DNA of 64,000 nt from Octopus sinensis (taxonomy: Eukaryota). The notes beneath the pieces are model-generated. The model saw only the letters and a list, made by a program, of their open reading frames with translations. It was not told the DNA's origin and made no database searches. Shown here piece by piece: positions 1-14,035 of this stretch. The stretch is from contig NC_043005.1 of NCBI RefSeq assembly GCF_006345805.1, positions 32,736,001 to 32,800,000 of the forward strand, read 5' to 3'. Each line of letters starts with the position of its first letter. Within the stretch, counting starts at the first letter, position 1. The position numbers and the translations under genes were made by a program.

Positions 1-318
1 TTTTATTCATTCCTCTTACCATGTCGAGCTTTTAGGGTTCTCTCACCAACTCCTGTTCTGGTCCTCTCTGTTGAAGCAGGGCTGTCATTGTCAGTTCAGT
101 CTGAAGAGAATATGTATCTAATTATATAGATCCATATATACAATTAAAGAATTATGTAGTGCTACAAATGTGGGTTTTACAAGGAGTTGATGACGAAACA
201 GTCAAATTGAATTTCTCTTGTAAAAAGTTCTCTCATTTTTTTTTCAAATTTAAAGTTAGCTCCTCATTAATTGATTTCTGTAAAAATTGGAGGAGACTAA
301 GTAAGAAAATTACTCTAC

Positions 319-2050
319 ATTCATCATCATCGTTTAATGTCTGTTTTCGATGCTGGCATGGGTTGGATGGTTTGACTGGGGACTGGCAAGCCACGAGGCC
401 TCACCAGCTTCCAATCTGATCTGGCAATGTTTCTACAGCTGGATGCTCTTCCTAACACCAACCACTCTGAGAGTGTAGTGGGTGCTTTTTATGTGCCACT
501 GGCACAGGAGCCAGTCGGGGCAGGGGCGGGGCTGGCATTGACTACATTCGGATGGTTCTTTTTACGTGCCACCAGCATGGGGAGCCAATCAGATGGCACT
601 GGCAATGATCCATGCATGCATGGTGCTTATTGTGTGCCACCAGCATGGGAGCCAGTCAGGTGGCACTGGCATCGGCCACAACTACTATTTCCATTTGATT
701 GTGATTAGATTTGATTTGTTCTTTTCAAGCACAGCATGTTGCCCACTGATTCAGAGGTAGTTTTTAAATGGGCTGGTTATGCAACTCTGGTGTAGGCTAC
801 GGCTGTGATCTCACCTTACTCGCTGGGTTTTCTCAATCACAGCATATCTCCAGAGGTCTCGGTCTTTCGTCATTGCCTCTGTGAAGCCCAACATTTGAAG
901 CTCATGCTTCACCACCTCATCCCATGTCTTCCTGGGTCTCCCTCTTCAACGGGTTCCTTCCACTGTTAGGGAGTGACACTTCTTCACACAGCTCTGCTCA
1001 TCCATACACAGCACATGACCATACCAGTGCAGTTGTCTCTCTTGCACACCACATCTGATGCTTCTTGTGTCCAACATTTCTTTCAGGGTGCTTATACTCT
1101 GTTGTGTGTGCACACTGACATTACACATCCAGCGGATCATACTAGCTTCATTTCTTTCAAGCCTATGTATGTCTTCAGCAGTCACAGCCCATGTCTCACT
1201 GACATGTAGCATAGCAGTTCGCACACATGCATCATACAACCTACCTTTCTTTCTGAGTGAGAGGCCCTTTGTCACCAGCAGAGGTAAGAGGTTTCTGAAC
1301 TTTGCCCAGGCTATTCTTATACTAGTAGCAACGCTCTCATAGCATCTACCCCCACTACAGACTTGATCATCAAGGTAGCGGAAGCTATCAACTACTTCTA
1401 GTTTCTCCCCGTGGTATGTGATGGAGTCAGTTTTCTGAGCATCTGTGGTGTTTATTGCCCCCATGCATCAGCTGCACACAAAAGCTATCTTCCCAGTTAA
1501 CCTTCCTTTGATGTTGCTGCACCTCTTATGTCTCCATAGCTTACACTGGGTACATCTTATGAAGTTTCTGCCTATGCCTTTTCTGCTGATCGAGCAGGGC
1601 CACCTACTTGAAGGGGTTTGTGATGTGTTTGCCTTCCTACTTACTAGGACTTTTTTTGTTTCTAGATTGACTCTAAGGCTCTTCGATTCTAAACCTTGCT
1701 TCCACATCTGAAATTCCTTCTCTAGTTCTGGTAGTGATTCCGCTATGGAAACATGGTCATCAGCAAAGAGGAGCTCCCAGGAGCAACCTGTCTTGAATTC
1801 CTCTGTTATAGCCTGGAGGACTATGATGAATAAGAGGGGGATGAGGGTTGATCCTTGGTGGACTCCTACTTCTACCCTGAATTCTTCACTATACTCATTG
1901 CTGACCCTTACCTTACTAGCGGCATCGCTGTACAGGGCTTATTAACCACTCATCAATCCCCAGTTTCTGCATCACCCACCAGATAAGGGATCGGGGGACC
2001 CTGTCAAAAGTTTCTCCAAATCAACAAAAGAAAAATATAGGGGTTTATCT
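319..2050 (-). mobile_element. 5'-truncated RTE-clade LINE, with RT C-terminal half, 3' UTR and (GAT)n tail
   Basis: Minus-strand GVHQGS..LLF and LLFADD RT motifs (about 1720-1870); ETW..LERNEASMIRWMC and LHWYGHV (ORF 946..1464). An in-frame premature TGA at 946-948 is followed by RGRPRKTWDEVV...DRDLWRYAV to the stop at 811. The UTR has about 65-bp tandem units and ends in TCA repeats at 321-331. Confidence 0.9.
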
Positions 2051-2439
2051 TTGGCTAGGTATTTCTCCTGCAGTTGCCGTACCACTTCAAAGAGAATGAG
2101 CAATGTTTTTGACCTTTACAGGCTCTCCACAAACTGGCTAAATAAACTAAAAACACCCTTCTCTTCTCTATCACAGCTGAATTGTGCTCCCACAACATAT
2201 GGCTGAAATCAACACATGTGGTGCTATAAGCCTTCTTTGCATTAATCATTGATGAAACTTTTCAGTGTTTACAACAAGCATCAGCTGAGTAGTTCAATGT
2301 TGCCCCTATGCAGTAGCGTAACCTCTACAAAGTAAAAAGAGACCTGGTTTCTGTAAGCTATTGGAGTCCCTCTAGGATAGAGTGATTCAATAAAGATTGT
2401 TCCTCTAGGACAGGGTGGTTCAATAAAGATTGTTTAGAT

Positions 2440-2834
2440 CAGTGGTCCTCAACCACTTTTTATCTATGCACCCGTTTGATTACTATTTTATTCTGGTGGA
2501 CCCTCATAGCTGTTCAGTGTTTAAAAACTAGTTTTGTAGATGCTTCTTTCGAAATTCCTATTTTGTTTCTCATCCATTCACTCGTGTTGGTTTGCAATAG
2601 CTAGATCTGAGAGAAAATTTTTCAGTGGCCAGAAACATGTTGAATAGTGTAAAACATTAGAGAAAAAAAAAAAAAAACTGTGCTGTTTTCTGCAATAGAT
2701 ACATCTAAAGCAAAATTTTTCCTGGACCCTTAAAATGCCACCATTGATCTTCAATTTACTATTTTGCTTGCATGGACCTTGAAAATCTTATATAAACCCT
2801 AAGGGATCATATGGGCCCCAGTTGAGAACCACTA
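2440..2834. mobile_element. hAT (Charlie-like) MITE
   Basis: TIRs CAGTGGTCCTCAAC (2440-2453) and GTTGAGAACCACTA (2821-2834). Exact 8-bp TSD GTTTAGAT at 2432-2439 and 2835-2842. Confidence 0.85.
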
Positions 2835-5399
2835 GTTTAGATTGATTTCTTAGGAATTGTTGATTAGTGGTAGTGAGTATTTCAAATGTTAGAGATATAA
2901 GATAGGGGTTGGATATTGAGTGGTAGGAAATTAGGAATATAGGCAAAGGTGGAAGTGAGGAGTCCAATGCAACAAATGTCTAATGAGATGGCATAAAGTT
3001 GAGACAATCCTTAGGATAATAATATAGAAAGGCTAGATAGAGAGGATAGAATTGAAGAAAAGTTGTATTTATATATCACATTTATAGAATATCTGTTTAT
3101 TCCTGCATGTTCATGTGTGGGTGAATACACGTGCATGTGCACAAGCTTGTGTTACATTTATGTACACATATGCATACATGTATATCCATACACCTATGTA
3201 AATACATACACATACTCTGACCTAAACAGAAGTGAAGCAAGAAAATAATTTTTCAAAAACACATGAATATTTGAAAAAAGTGTAGAAATAGTTAACAAGG
3301 TTTTAACTAATTTTCAGTCTAATGTTTTGAACAAGTTATATTGTTTATATTATTAAAAAGGCATCATCTATAGCCCTTAGTTGTTAACTACTGCTCTCAA
3401 GTTATGTGTGTGGGTGTGTGTGTGTATGGAGGGAAGGGCAGTATGTGGCTTATTGCCAAGATTTTTTTTATCAGCTTTCACAGTGGCACTCTGCCAAAAT
3501 CCAGGTGTTTTCTGATTTGCTTTTGATGATTTGTGGGGAAAAAAATGCACCATAGAAATTGTCTGAATGCATTATCTGAACATCAGTCATTATATATATA
3601 TATATATATAATGTGTGTGTATTTACACACATTCACTGACCCCCCCCCCCACCACCACCACCAATACTTATTAAATTAAAACATACATTAGTATAGAGGC
3701 ATAATGCCAAGAATAATTACCGAGGGAGATGATAGGAATCGAGCTCTCATATCCTCTTGTTATTGATAAAGATATGTCTATGTGTGTGTTGCATGGGAAA
3801 GAAGGGCACAATCAAGAAAGAATTAGAAGTGCATTGTGACTAGTGTGTATAACAACATCTGATTGTCTGGTTGATACAGGTGATATATAATTATTTTATC
3901 AATGTATACATTAGAGACAGTATTAGATTAAACTAATGATGTGTATAATATTTATAATGTTGGTACAAATGTAAAATAGTGCTGCTAGCTGTAGTAGTTA
4001 GTCTCAGAGAAACTTCCCTTGAGAGAAACAAACTACAGCAACTAGTAGAACTGTTCTATATTTCTATTAACATTATAATTATGATTATTTGAATATGTTA
4101 TATTACTAATATCATCTACTATGTTTTAATACTTCTTTTTCAATAGTTGCAGGGATTGGATGGGTGTCTCAAACCTGGTCATTAGACTCTCTCTTGTGTG
4201 TTTTAGCTTTCAATTTTTCTATCCCAGAGATTGAATTAACACTTTAAGAATCAAGAAAATATAATCTCCTCTTTAATCTAGACATTATATTGATACTCCT
4301 TTTAATATTCCTGAAATGCAGTTGAGTCAGTGGCTATCTCAACATAATGGATAAACTCTAGAATTTTTAAATTTCTAGATTATCAAAATTATTTTATTTT
4401 CTTCCATAAATTTCAATTCCTTCATCTCATTAACAGTCACACTGTTCTGCAATTTATTTCTTGTGCATATTTTCCAATCAAACAATAGACAGCTAAAATT
4501 CATATTTACCTCAGCCAAACCTTTTAGTATTTACTTTGATCTCTCTGTCTTTCCGAGTTCTGGTTTTGTTGATACCTTCAACTTCAGTGCTTGACTGGTA
4601 CTTTGTTTTATTGTCTCCAGAGAGATAAGTGGCAAAGTTGACCCTGGTGGAATTTGAACTCAGAGTATAATGAGTCAGCAGAAATACTGCTAAGTATTTT
4701 GTCCAGCTCTGTGGTAATTTTGTGGTTGAGCATTGCCAGTGCTTTAACAAGCAAAGAGAAACAAAAGATCAAAGTCAATCTGAGTTGAAAGAAAAAGAAC
4801 AATGAAGCTCTACTCTTGTTTGGCATTTTAATATTTCCTCCCATCTAAATTAGTAATAGTTTATGTGGCAACATTTTGTCAAGTGGTTCTACACACACAT
4901 ATTTTAAAATAAATTTTGTCTAAGAGGGATGGGCAATAGCCTTAAGTGTTTGCAGCCATAGGCTAGCGAAGTTGATAGGTTTTGATATTTAGTTTAAACA
5001 TCTGTTGGTTAATGTCTACAAAACAAAGTCAGTGGTGGTGATGGCACGGGTGGGGGTGGGGGGATGATAGGATGAAAGAAGATTGAGACAGTCTGCTTGA
5101 GATAAAGGGCAAATTACTTGTTGATTCAGAAGGGCAGGATCATTTTAGTTGCAGTTAAAGAAGTTAGGTGGATGGAATCTGTCTGGGGAGTTAAGAATTC
5201 TCTATCAGCTAGATGGTCTGTCTATTCTGTGTGTAGCACAGCTGCACTGATATGTGAGCAGTACTCTCATGTATCAAAATGGTTGGTGTGGGTATTGGAA
5301 AGATGGGTTGTGGTGGAGTTTAGCCAGAGGAGTGTGTGTGCGTGTGAGGGGAAGGGGCATGGCTGCAAATGACATGCCTGTGTGTATGGATGGCCATAA

Positions 5400-6780
5400 T
5401 GTTACTTAGTTTGATGTGTCTTCTCAAGTACAGCAAACTGCAAAAAGTCTGTCCCTTGTCATTTCCTCTGTGATATTCAACATCTGAATATCGTTTCTTA
5501 CCACTTTGTACTACATATTCTTGGGTCTACTCCTTCCTCAGGTTCCCTCCTTAATTAGAGACTGGCACTTCTTTATGTAGCTGTCTTCATCCATCACACC
5601 ACCTTGCAAATATAGCCTTCTCTCTTGCACACTACATCTGATGCCTTGTATACTCAATTATTCTCTTAAATCATATACACATTATCATACATGCACACTG
5701 ACATTACCCATCCAGCAGATCATGTTGGCTTCATTTCTTTCAAGCCTTTGCATGTTCTCTACACTCACAGCCCATGTTTCACTGCCATGTAGCATAGCTG
5801 TTTGTATACAGGCATCATACAACCTGTTTATCACTTTGAGGTAGAGGCCTTTTGTTACCAACATTTGCACTTGGTATACCCAGTGGAGTTTCTATCAACA
5901 CCTTTTCTACATATCAAGCAGGGTCATCTTCTTGAAGGGCCTAGTGATTTGTCTGTTTTCCTACTTACTTGGACTTTAGCCTTTGCTGAATTAACTCTAA
6001 GGCCCTTTGTTTCCAGGCTTTGCTTCCACACCTGAAATTCCTTCTCTAGTTCCGATAGTGATTCAGCTATAAGAACAAGGTCATGAGCATAGAAGAGCAA
6101 TAAGGGTAGTAAGTCTTGAATTCCTCTGTGATAGCCTGGAGGACTATGATAAACAGGAGTGGGCTGAGAACTAATACTTGAACTCCTACCTATACACTAA
6201 ATTCCTTGCTATAATCATTACTGATTTTCATCTTACTAACACCATCCCTGTACATGGCTTGTACAGCTCTCACCAACCATTCATCTATCCCTAGCTTCTG
6301 CATTGAACACCAGATAAGGGAGCAGGGGTCTCTGTCAAAGGCTTTCTCCATGTTGACAAAAGCCAAGTACATAGGTTCATTTTTGGCTGAATACTTCTGA
6401 AGTTGCCTTACCAGGATGATTGCATCAGTTGTACTTCTTCCTGACACAAAACCAAACTGCATCTCATCTAGTTAACTCTCTTCCTAATTAATCGAGCTAT
6501 GACCCTTTCTACAACTTTCATGTCTTGGTCCTCCAATTTGATACCTCTTTAATTATTTCTGTTTAAGGTGTCACCTTTACCATGTAGCAGTTGATTATAA
6601 TACTGCTACTGTTGTTAGGTATGACACCCTCATGAATAGCCTAATTAGCTATACAGGTGACTAGGCCATATCCCACTCTACCAGTTATTTTAAGCAGTAA
6701 TTGCTGATGGGCCTGGAGTTTTCCCTATTTTCATATCCTTAATTGCTTTATCCATAATAAAGTTGTAAACGCTGATGGCT
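5400..6780 (-). mobile_element. Second decayed RTE-clade LINE fragment
   Basis: QFGFVSGRSTTDAI...YLAFVNMEKAFDR (ORF 6190..6462) and LYDAC..GSETW..LERNEA (ORF 5685..5870). Collinear with the 319-2050 copy, with stops and frameshifts. Confidence 0.88.
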
Positions 6781-7799
6781 GGTCCTTTACTTGGGTTCAC
6801 ATCAAGCAGACTCTCTTTCTCCCATGCATTCTCAACATTTAGCAGCCTTTAATTTTGACACTTCAAATTTCCTTCTTTGTAGAATCACTAACTGCAAGTG
6901 AACCATCTTCCAATGTGAATGTACTTCTACAACATCACTAGTTTGTGCGTGTGTGTGTGTGTACATACAGACAGTCAATGACACACACAGGTACAAATGT
7001 ATATATACATGCACACACCCTATTTTTAAAGGCACCTGCCCACTCTGTAGCAGATGGTGGAAAGTTGTGATAGCTAAGGTTTTAGTAATAAAGAAAATAT
7101 TAACAGCAAGCATTTCCAGCTTCTCTCTTGTCTTGTGAAACTAGCTTTGAAGAGGCCATTGCTCTGGCATTACTTCTACAAAATCTTCCACAAATTTCTA
7201 CTGCTGCTTCTTTTCATTTCCTCCCTCCTCTCCCTAACAAACCCTTCCCCTCTCCTTCGTCTCCCCACATATCTATCAAAGTGCTTTGGATAGTTGCCTT
7301 GCTGTTATGTGTAAGTATCTAGGAATGTCAGCTGATAGCATCAGGTTACCATATGTGATTTGTTGTTGTTGGCTTGCTGAGGGTTTTTTTTTTTCTATAT
7401 CTACTTAATCATTGAGGACATCTCATCTTTTAGAACCATTTCCATACTTTCTGTTCTATTTAGCCCCAGGTCAGTTAGCTCTGATCAAGCTGATTCTATC
7501 ATCAAAATTCATTCCAACTGTAAAAGTCTCATTCCTCTCTTTGTAGAGGTTTCCATGGGGACTACATTATTTAATGTGTCCCATTTTTCTGTGACACACT
7601 GTATCTAGAACTGTATTTTACAATATGCTTTCCTTTTTAAGATAAGGTGATTTCACTGCTATTTATAGCAGGTCAAGCAACCTCAAGGTGTTTCTGTGTA
7701 TGTGTGTGTGTGTATACATATACACACACACACACACGAGTGACCAAGACCTTCGATGATATGCTGTGCTTGAGAAGATTCATCAAGCCAAGTGAAATT

Positions 7800-8075
7800 G
7801 TAGTTATGGCCGATGCCAGTGTCATGCAAATGGCACCCGTGAACTTGTAGTCATGGCTGATGTTGGTGTCATGTAAATGGCACCCATGCTGGTGGCACAT
7901 AAAATACACCCATTACAATCTTGGAGTGGTTTGTGTTAGGAAGGGAATCCAACTACAGAAACTATGCCGAACCAGACTAGAATCTAGTGTAGCTCTCCAG
8001 CTTACCAGTTCCAGTCCAGCTGTCTAACCCATTCAAGCATAGAAAGTGGACATTAAATGACGATGATGATGATGA
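7800..8075 (+). mobile_element. RTE-type 3' tail copy (truncated LINE or SINE sharing the RTE tail)
   Basis: Matches the reverse complement of 319-520 (ttaggaagggxatcca..aaccca..gcatagaaagtggacattaaatgacgatgatgatg). Similar pieces at about 11580-11760, 14060-14180, 55130-55200 and 57080-57210. Confidence 0.7.
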
Positions 8076-8084
8076 TTATATATA

Positions 8085-8465
8085 TCTTTTACTTGTTTCA
8101 GTCATTGGACTGCAACCATACTGGGGAACCACCTTGATAGGTTCTGAAGTACTTGTTCTATCTTTTTAAGCTTGGTGCTTAGTCTAACAGTCTCTTTTGC
8201 CAAACTACTTAGTTACAGAGATGTAAAGAAACCTACACTGATTGTCAGGCAGTGGTGGGGGGACAAACACAAAGACCCCTCCCCCACGTATGTGTGTGTG
8301 TGTGTGAAGTAGGCTTCTTTCAGTTTCTGTCTACCAAATCCACTCATTAGGCTTTGGTTGACCATAGGCTATAATAAAAGACAGTTGCCCAAGGTGTCAT
8401 ACAGTGGGAGTGAACCCAGAACCATGTGGTTGAGAAGCAAACTTCTTAAAGCTACAACCTGTACC
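8085..8465 (-). mobile_element. tRNA-derived SINE family A (internal CA/TG microsatellite)
   Basis: Recurs through the window. Head GTGGCTGTGTGGTAAG..GGTTCAGTCCCAC..GGCACCTTGGGCAAGTGTCTTC, tail ..ACTGAAACAAGTAAAAGA. Other copies: 16633-16826(+), 31616-31829(-), 38408-38550(+), 53105-53455(-), 55845-55935(+), 58186-58550(-), 59612-59955(-), 61575-61730(-). Confidence 0.8.
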
Positions 8466-11168
8466 TACACACACTCACACGCACACCTTATTGACATTGA
8501 TAATGGTGGTTATAAGAGTAACTGATTTTGTTAAAGTTAGTATTTTTTGTTATCGTTGATGTGGAGATCTTGCTTGCTAGTGATGGCACTTTTGATCTTA
8601 TATGTACAGGTCTTGTGAATGATGATGATGATGATATAATTGCATATTTTTGATTTGTGGAAATACCTCAATCAATTCCAATATCCCACAAAATTCATGA
8701 CATCTTAGAAAACATAGAAATCTCCAAGATGAGTTGATAAATGTTTTACAGCAGGGTTGAGACCCCAGTATTGATATTTTTCTAGATTGTCAATGACTTG
8801 TCAATTTCTACAAGCAAAAGAATGAGTATCATCCCTGTTGTTCTAATTACAAATGTGATGGTAGACCTATTTCTCACAGTCTATAATGGTTCTAATTGTT
8901 GTTGTTGTTGATGTTATTATTAGGAGCAGGGATTGGCAACATTGTTTTAAACAAAGTGTTAGTTATGCCTTTATGTTCTGAGTTCAAATCCCACTAAGGT
9001 CAACTTTCATGTTTTTAGGGTTGATATAAAAAAATAAGTACCAAGTACTTGGGTTAAGTTAATCAACCAACCCCCTTACCTCAAAATTTCTGGATTTCTG
9101 CCTTTGTTACAAATTGTTATGATTATTATTGTTATTATTATTATTATTAAAAGTAATGAATTGTTAGTGTTGGAGTATTGAATAGATCGCTTTATATATT
9201 TGTTCCAGTCTTCGTGTTCTGAGGTCAACTTTTCATCCTTTCAGAGTTGATAACATAGACAATGATTAACACACTTCTCTTGTACCAAAATCATCATCAG
9301 AGAGATCTAAAACTATTTAGTTTAGACCTCTTGATTATGATTTCAAATTCAACTAGAACCAACTTTACTTTTTGTCCCTTAGAGTTGATTAATCCTGGAA
9401 GCAATCTCTAAGTTTCATGTATCATCTTAACCAAACTTTTGATATCCACAATACAGTATGAAAACAGCAGATTTATGAGACTTTACACATTCATTTGTTA
9501 CACTTCTGTGAAAATTTTTTGTTTTTTGTTTAATTAGATTATAGCAACATTTGTCGCTCTAATTAATCTCTCAAGATCTCTACAATGCAAAAGAATATCC
9601 TAAACCCTCTCCAGTTTTCCTACCTGAGTTATTGATTTCCTTCCTTAACAACTTCATAAAACAAATGAACACTTGACTTGGTGAACTCTATTGGTTACAG
9701 ATCTATGAAACCACAGTGATCACCACTGACAAGCATGTATGACCTGATAGCAAGCACTATGCTTTTGTTAATTATCTTAGGTGCCCTGTATAGTGATGAG
9801 CAATCACTATCTCAATCCTACCACCCTTGGAGGGTATAACTATTGGTAGATTGGTAGTCATTTGAGCTGTACAGACCAACATGACTTGAAGGACACAACA
9901 TGCTGCTCATTCCAGGAATTGAACCCACAAATTTATGATTCGGTGCTTACACCCTATGTTTCTGTTACTATTTAATGTAAAAAAAATTGATAGTAGAGAT
10001 TTAGGTTAGCAACCAAACTAGTAAATGGCAGGAGATGTGGTGGTTGGTTTAAATTGGACCTTTACTTTTGAAAAGAGATTAAAAAATGTAAATTGTTGAA
10101 GTAAAAAAGAATACAATTATCAATCACTAAAAGAAAAGGTCCTTCATATTGACCGTATAATATGTGTGTGCATGCATTCATATCATCTAGAAAAAGATTA
10201 TGCAAGCCTTGGTTAAGTTGCACACTATGCTTATTTCTGTCTGCAAACATTCCAGTGTAAGCACACAATGTTTATTGTTTGAAATATCAAGCCAATGCTT
10301 CAGCATAAACCACATAATTCTGTTAATTAAAACAAGAAAACATAATTCTGTAAAAATTGCAAAAATGCAATAAAGCTCGTTATACATGCAATTAATCAAA
10401 AATAGTTCTTCATTCAGACAATTGCATTTCTACATTCATGGCAATAAGCCAGTGTTGTGTACATGTGTTATGCAGTAGCTGCATAAGGTAGGGAAAGATT
10501 AAGGGAGTTATTGCATCTGTTGATGACAACAATAAGATTATCATTGTACAAAAAGAAAATGCTGTGGAATTACAACTGTGAGAAGGATAGTGTTACATGG
10601 CAGAGAAATATGTAGAAGTAGAGGATAGGAAATAGCAACTGTGGAAACATTTGAGTTCAGTCAGTTCTTCAGGAATGAAATGACTGTGTGCATCAGAAGT
10701 GGGATGATAAATGGCAAGACAGAAGACAAGATTTCTTACAGTGATTAGAATGTGATGAATTGACCAAGTTTGGTTGGTTGGGTAGCAAAAATCAACTCTA
10801 GAAGTGATTTGAGTACAAGTGAGTTTGGTCTAAATGGTATTGCCTCAGTATAAACAACATGTGTACGGATAATGTTTCTGCAATTAGAAAGTGTCCCTAC
10901 ACGGGGAGTGGGAGGTGTTCTTGGTTGAACTAAAGGCTGATAGAGAAACATTTGTAAAGTTAAGCCTCAAAATTAACGTAGAATAGAGAAGACATTCTGA
11001 AACTTTTAACTACTGTGTGGGAAAACAAATGTAGACTGGTGATGATGGTGATGGTGATAGTAATGCTTATGATAAATGTGTTTGGTTTTTGATTTTGACA
11101 CCAGTTGATATTGGTATGATATAAATGTGCAAAAGAAATTGTCTTAACTTAATATGTAAATTTTTCAG

Positions 11169-11244
11169 ACTGGAGATCTTTTACGACACAAAATACAACA
11201 TCGTCCTGACCGAGAATCTCTTGTAAATCAACACATTTTAGAAG
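11169..11244 (+). CDS. MRTF: MRTF/myocardin-family transcription coactivator, RPEL2 exon (first exon found; gene is 5'-incomplete in this window)
   Basis: tttttcag acceptor and AG|gtgagt donor. 76 nt, phase 0 to 1. Translates TGDLLRHKIQHRPDRESLVNQHILE, an RPEL motif (RPxxxEL-like). Too short for the ORF track. Confidence 0.93.
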
Positions 11245-12274
11245 GTGAGTTCATTTTAATTTTAAAATAGAATAGAATTGGTACTTATTCCTTATAATCA
11301 CCCCCTCACCCATTCTCAATCGCTCACTTTCATACTCTTAAATCCTCCACCCAGCTACACTCCTACTTCTTCTGTCCCTTTCACTCCCACCCACCTTATC
11401 ACCATTCTTTTCATCTCTTCTCACTTCTACCCTGGTCACTCCCACCTTCTCTTGTAAAATGTGAGTAGCAATGTAACTCCTCTACAGCAAGAAACCTGTT
11501 CTGCTCTCATACTTTAATCCTTCATCTTCTTGCATAAAGTTGTCTTTCTCAGTATTCATAGAATGGCAGCTGCATGGCAATCTCACTCATGTTAGTGGCA
11601 TGAAGAAAACATCTAGTACACTCTGTTGGCATTAGGAAGGACATCCAGTTGTGTAGAAGTAGGCAGTGGACACAATGCAGTTCTTGGACCTCTTGGATCC
11701 TGTCAAACCATCCAACCCATACCAGTATGGAATATAGGTGTTAAGTGATGATGATCTCATTTCTACAAGGTTGACAGAAAGAAGAAATGTTAATTATTAC
11801 TGCATAGTTTTTAAATTAGTCTGTTTTAGAGCTTGACTTCTATCAATAGTCTCTCATATTTCATTAGTTGAGCTGACTGATTGCTCTCAGTTCTTCTTCA
11901 TATTTTAGCATTTAAAACAAAAATTAAAATATTGATTTTTAAATTTTGAAGTTTGACAATCAGCTAAAATTATTGCTAAGGGAAAACAATCCAAATACTC
12001 AGTCATAGACAAAGTTGATCTCTCACCAGAGTTAACTTTGCCTTTCATTCCTCCAGGGTTAATTAAATAACCACCAAGTATTGAGACTGATGTAATTGAT
12101 TATTGCTCCTTTTGTCAAAAAATTTGTTTTACACCTAAATTAGAAACTATTATTACTCAATAAAATAAATACCAGTTGAACACTGGAGTTGGTGTAATTG
12201 ACTAGCTCTCTACCCCAAAATTTCAGGCCTTGTGCCTTTGTGCCTATAGTAGAAAGAATCATTATTATTATTAT

Positions 12275-13170
12275 TTCATTGCACAGAATGGAGATAAAAT
12301 AATTGCTATTTGTTGTTTTTTTGTTCATCATGTCAACTGATAAAACTTATCAAAAAGTCTTAGATGGGAAGTACCTTCCTTAGAACATGTGCTGTTCCAA
12401 GCAAGAAAGATTTTGTAGACCACTTGCATGTCAATCTTGATGTCCAACCATTCCAGATGGTATGATAACTGTTTGGGATTACTGAACCTTAAACTCCAAA
12501 GACTACTGCTATAGTTTTCACTTTTGTTGCTGGTCATCCCATATTTTAATTCAATATATTTTGACATCTTTCTATTTCCTTGTTTGCAATATTCTTGTCT
12601 GAAAAAATTGCAATGTCTGTTGAATCGTTTTCTATTTTTTATTTTTTCATGTCATAGACAATGGAATTTCGTCTGTGATATTCAATTATTCTCTCTGGAT
12701 GTCAAAACCAATAGAATTTTTGATTTACTAGGTTCATTTAGAACCTTTTCTGTTACATGATTGTACCTACAAATAGTGTGAAGTGTATCCATGATTTTTA
12801 TATGATCTGTATAATCGGAGGCAAACCTTGTCATCATGCTGCTTATATTTTATCTGATCTAACATTTTACAGCATGCTTCAATCTGCTCAATATTTTCCA
12901 CTCACTGATTACAAAAATGGCACTTGTTCATTGAAGATGTGGAATAAATACCTTTGTCCACTGAACTAGTGTTTAGCACTTCATCTTGATCAGCCTCCAC
13001 AAACACTCAGTTTCTCTCTTTAAATCTACATTTTGGAGCCTCTCCAATGAAGTGTCGTCACTTTTTCACATTCTTGGTGTCTGTGGAACTGTCTATGTTC
13101 TGCATTTCTTTTAGCACTTCCTTTCTTTTACTAATTATCATATTTTGATAGACTTTCTTCTCTTTTAGTG
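12275..13170 (-). mobile_element. R4/Dong-like non-LTR retrotransposon, 3' fragment (CCHC knuckle and restriction-like endonuclease relic)
   Basis: Minus strand reads ..SFLLGTAHVLRKVLPI* (12360-12410), KCHFCNQ*VENIEQIEACCKML, KQHDDKVC and HVTEKVLNE..KIL..FDIQ. These fit the C-terminal pattern of REL-type R4/Dong ORFs. Heavily frameshifted. Confidence 0.7.
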
Positions 13171-13174
13171 CTCA

Positions 13175-14004
13175 ACTCTGCCTTTCAGCCTTTTGAAGTC
13201 AATAAATTAAGTACCAGTTACACACTGGGGTTGATGTAATTGACTAGTCTCTTCCCTCAAAATTTCAGGCCTTGTGCCTTTAGTAGAAAGGATTATTATT
13301 ATTGTTATTATTAAAGTGGCAAGCTGGCAGAATCATTAGCATGCTGGACAAAATGCTTAGTGGCATTTCTACTACCTTTACATTCTGAGTTCAAATTCTG
13401 CTGAGGACAACTTTGCATTTCATCCTTTTGGAGTCAATAAAATAAGTGCCAATTGTGTACTGGGGTCAATGTAAACGATTTACTCCTGCCCCCTGAAATT
13501 GCTGGTTTTGTGCCAAAATTTGAAACTATTATTATTTAGGCAGGGAGCTGACAGAATCCTTAGTATGCCAGACAAAATTCTTAGTGGCATTTCGGCATTT
13601 CGTCCGTCTTTACATTCTGAATTCAAAATTCTGCCAAGGTCGACTTTGCTTTTCATCCTTTTGAAGTTGATAAAATAAGTACCAATGAAACACTGGGGTC
13701 AATGTAATTGACTAGTCCCTCTCTCCAGATTTCAGGCCCTGTGCTTTAGTAGAAAGGATTATTATTATTATTATTATTAGATAGCCAGCTAGCAGAATTA
13801 TTAGTACACTTGACAAAATGCTTAGCAGTATTTTGTCTGACATTATATTCCAAGTTCAAATTCCACTGAGGTTGACTTTCATCCTTTCGGGGGTCAATAA
13901 ATTAAGTACCAGTTACACACTGGGGTCATTGTAATTGACTAGTCCCTCCCCCCCAAATTTCAGGCCTTCTGCTTACAGCAGAAAGGATGATGATTATTAT
14001 CATT

Positions 14005-14035
<31 letters not shown>

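Noticed and set aside
7032-7078. Possible upstream MRTF exon ending ..AK|gt
   Set aside because: 47 nt, TCPLCSRWWKVVIAK, with no similarity to the expected RPEL1-2 linker.
10500-10960. Coding-like relics here and at about 5040-5400, 18430-18900, 46700-47050 and 55260-55830 (possibly Penelope-derived)
   Set aside because: Too decayed to assign by eye; no diagnostic motif could be read with confidence.
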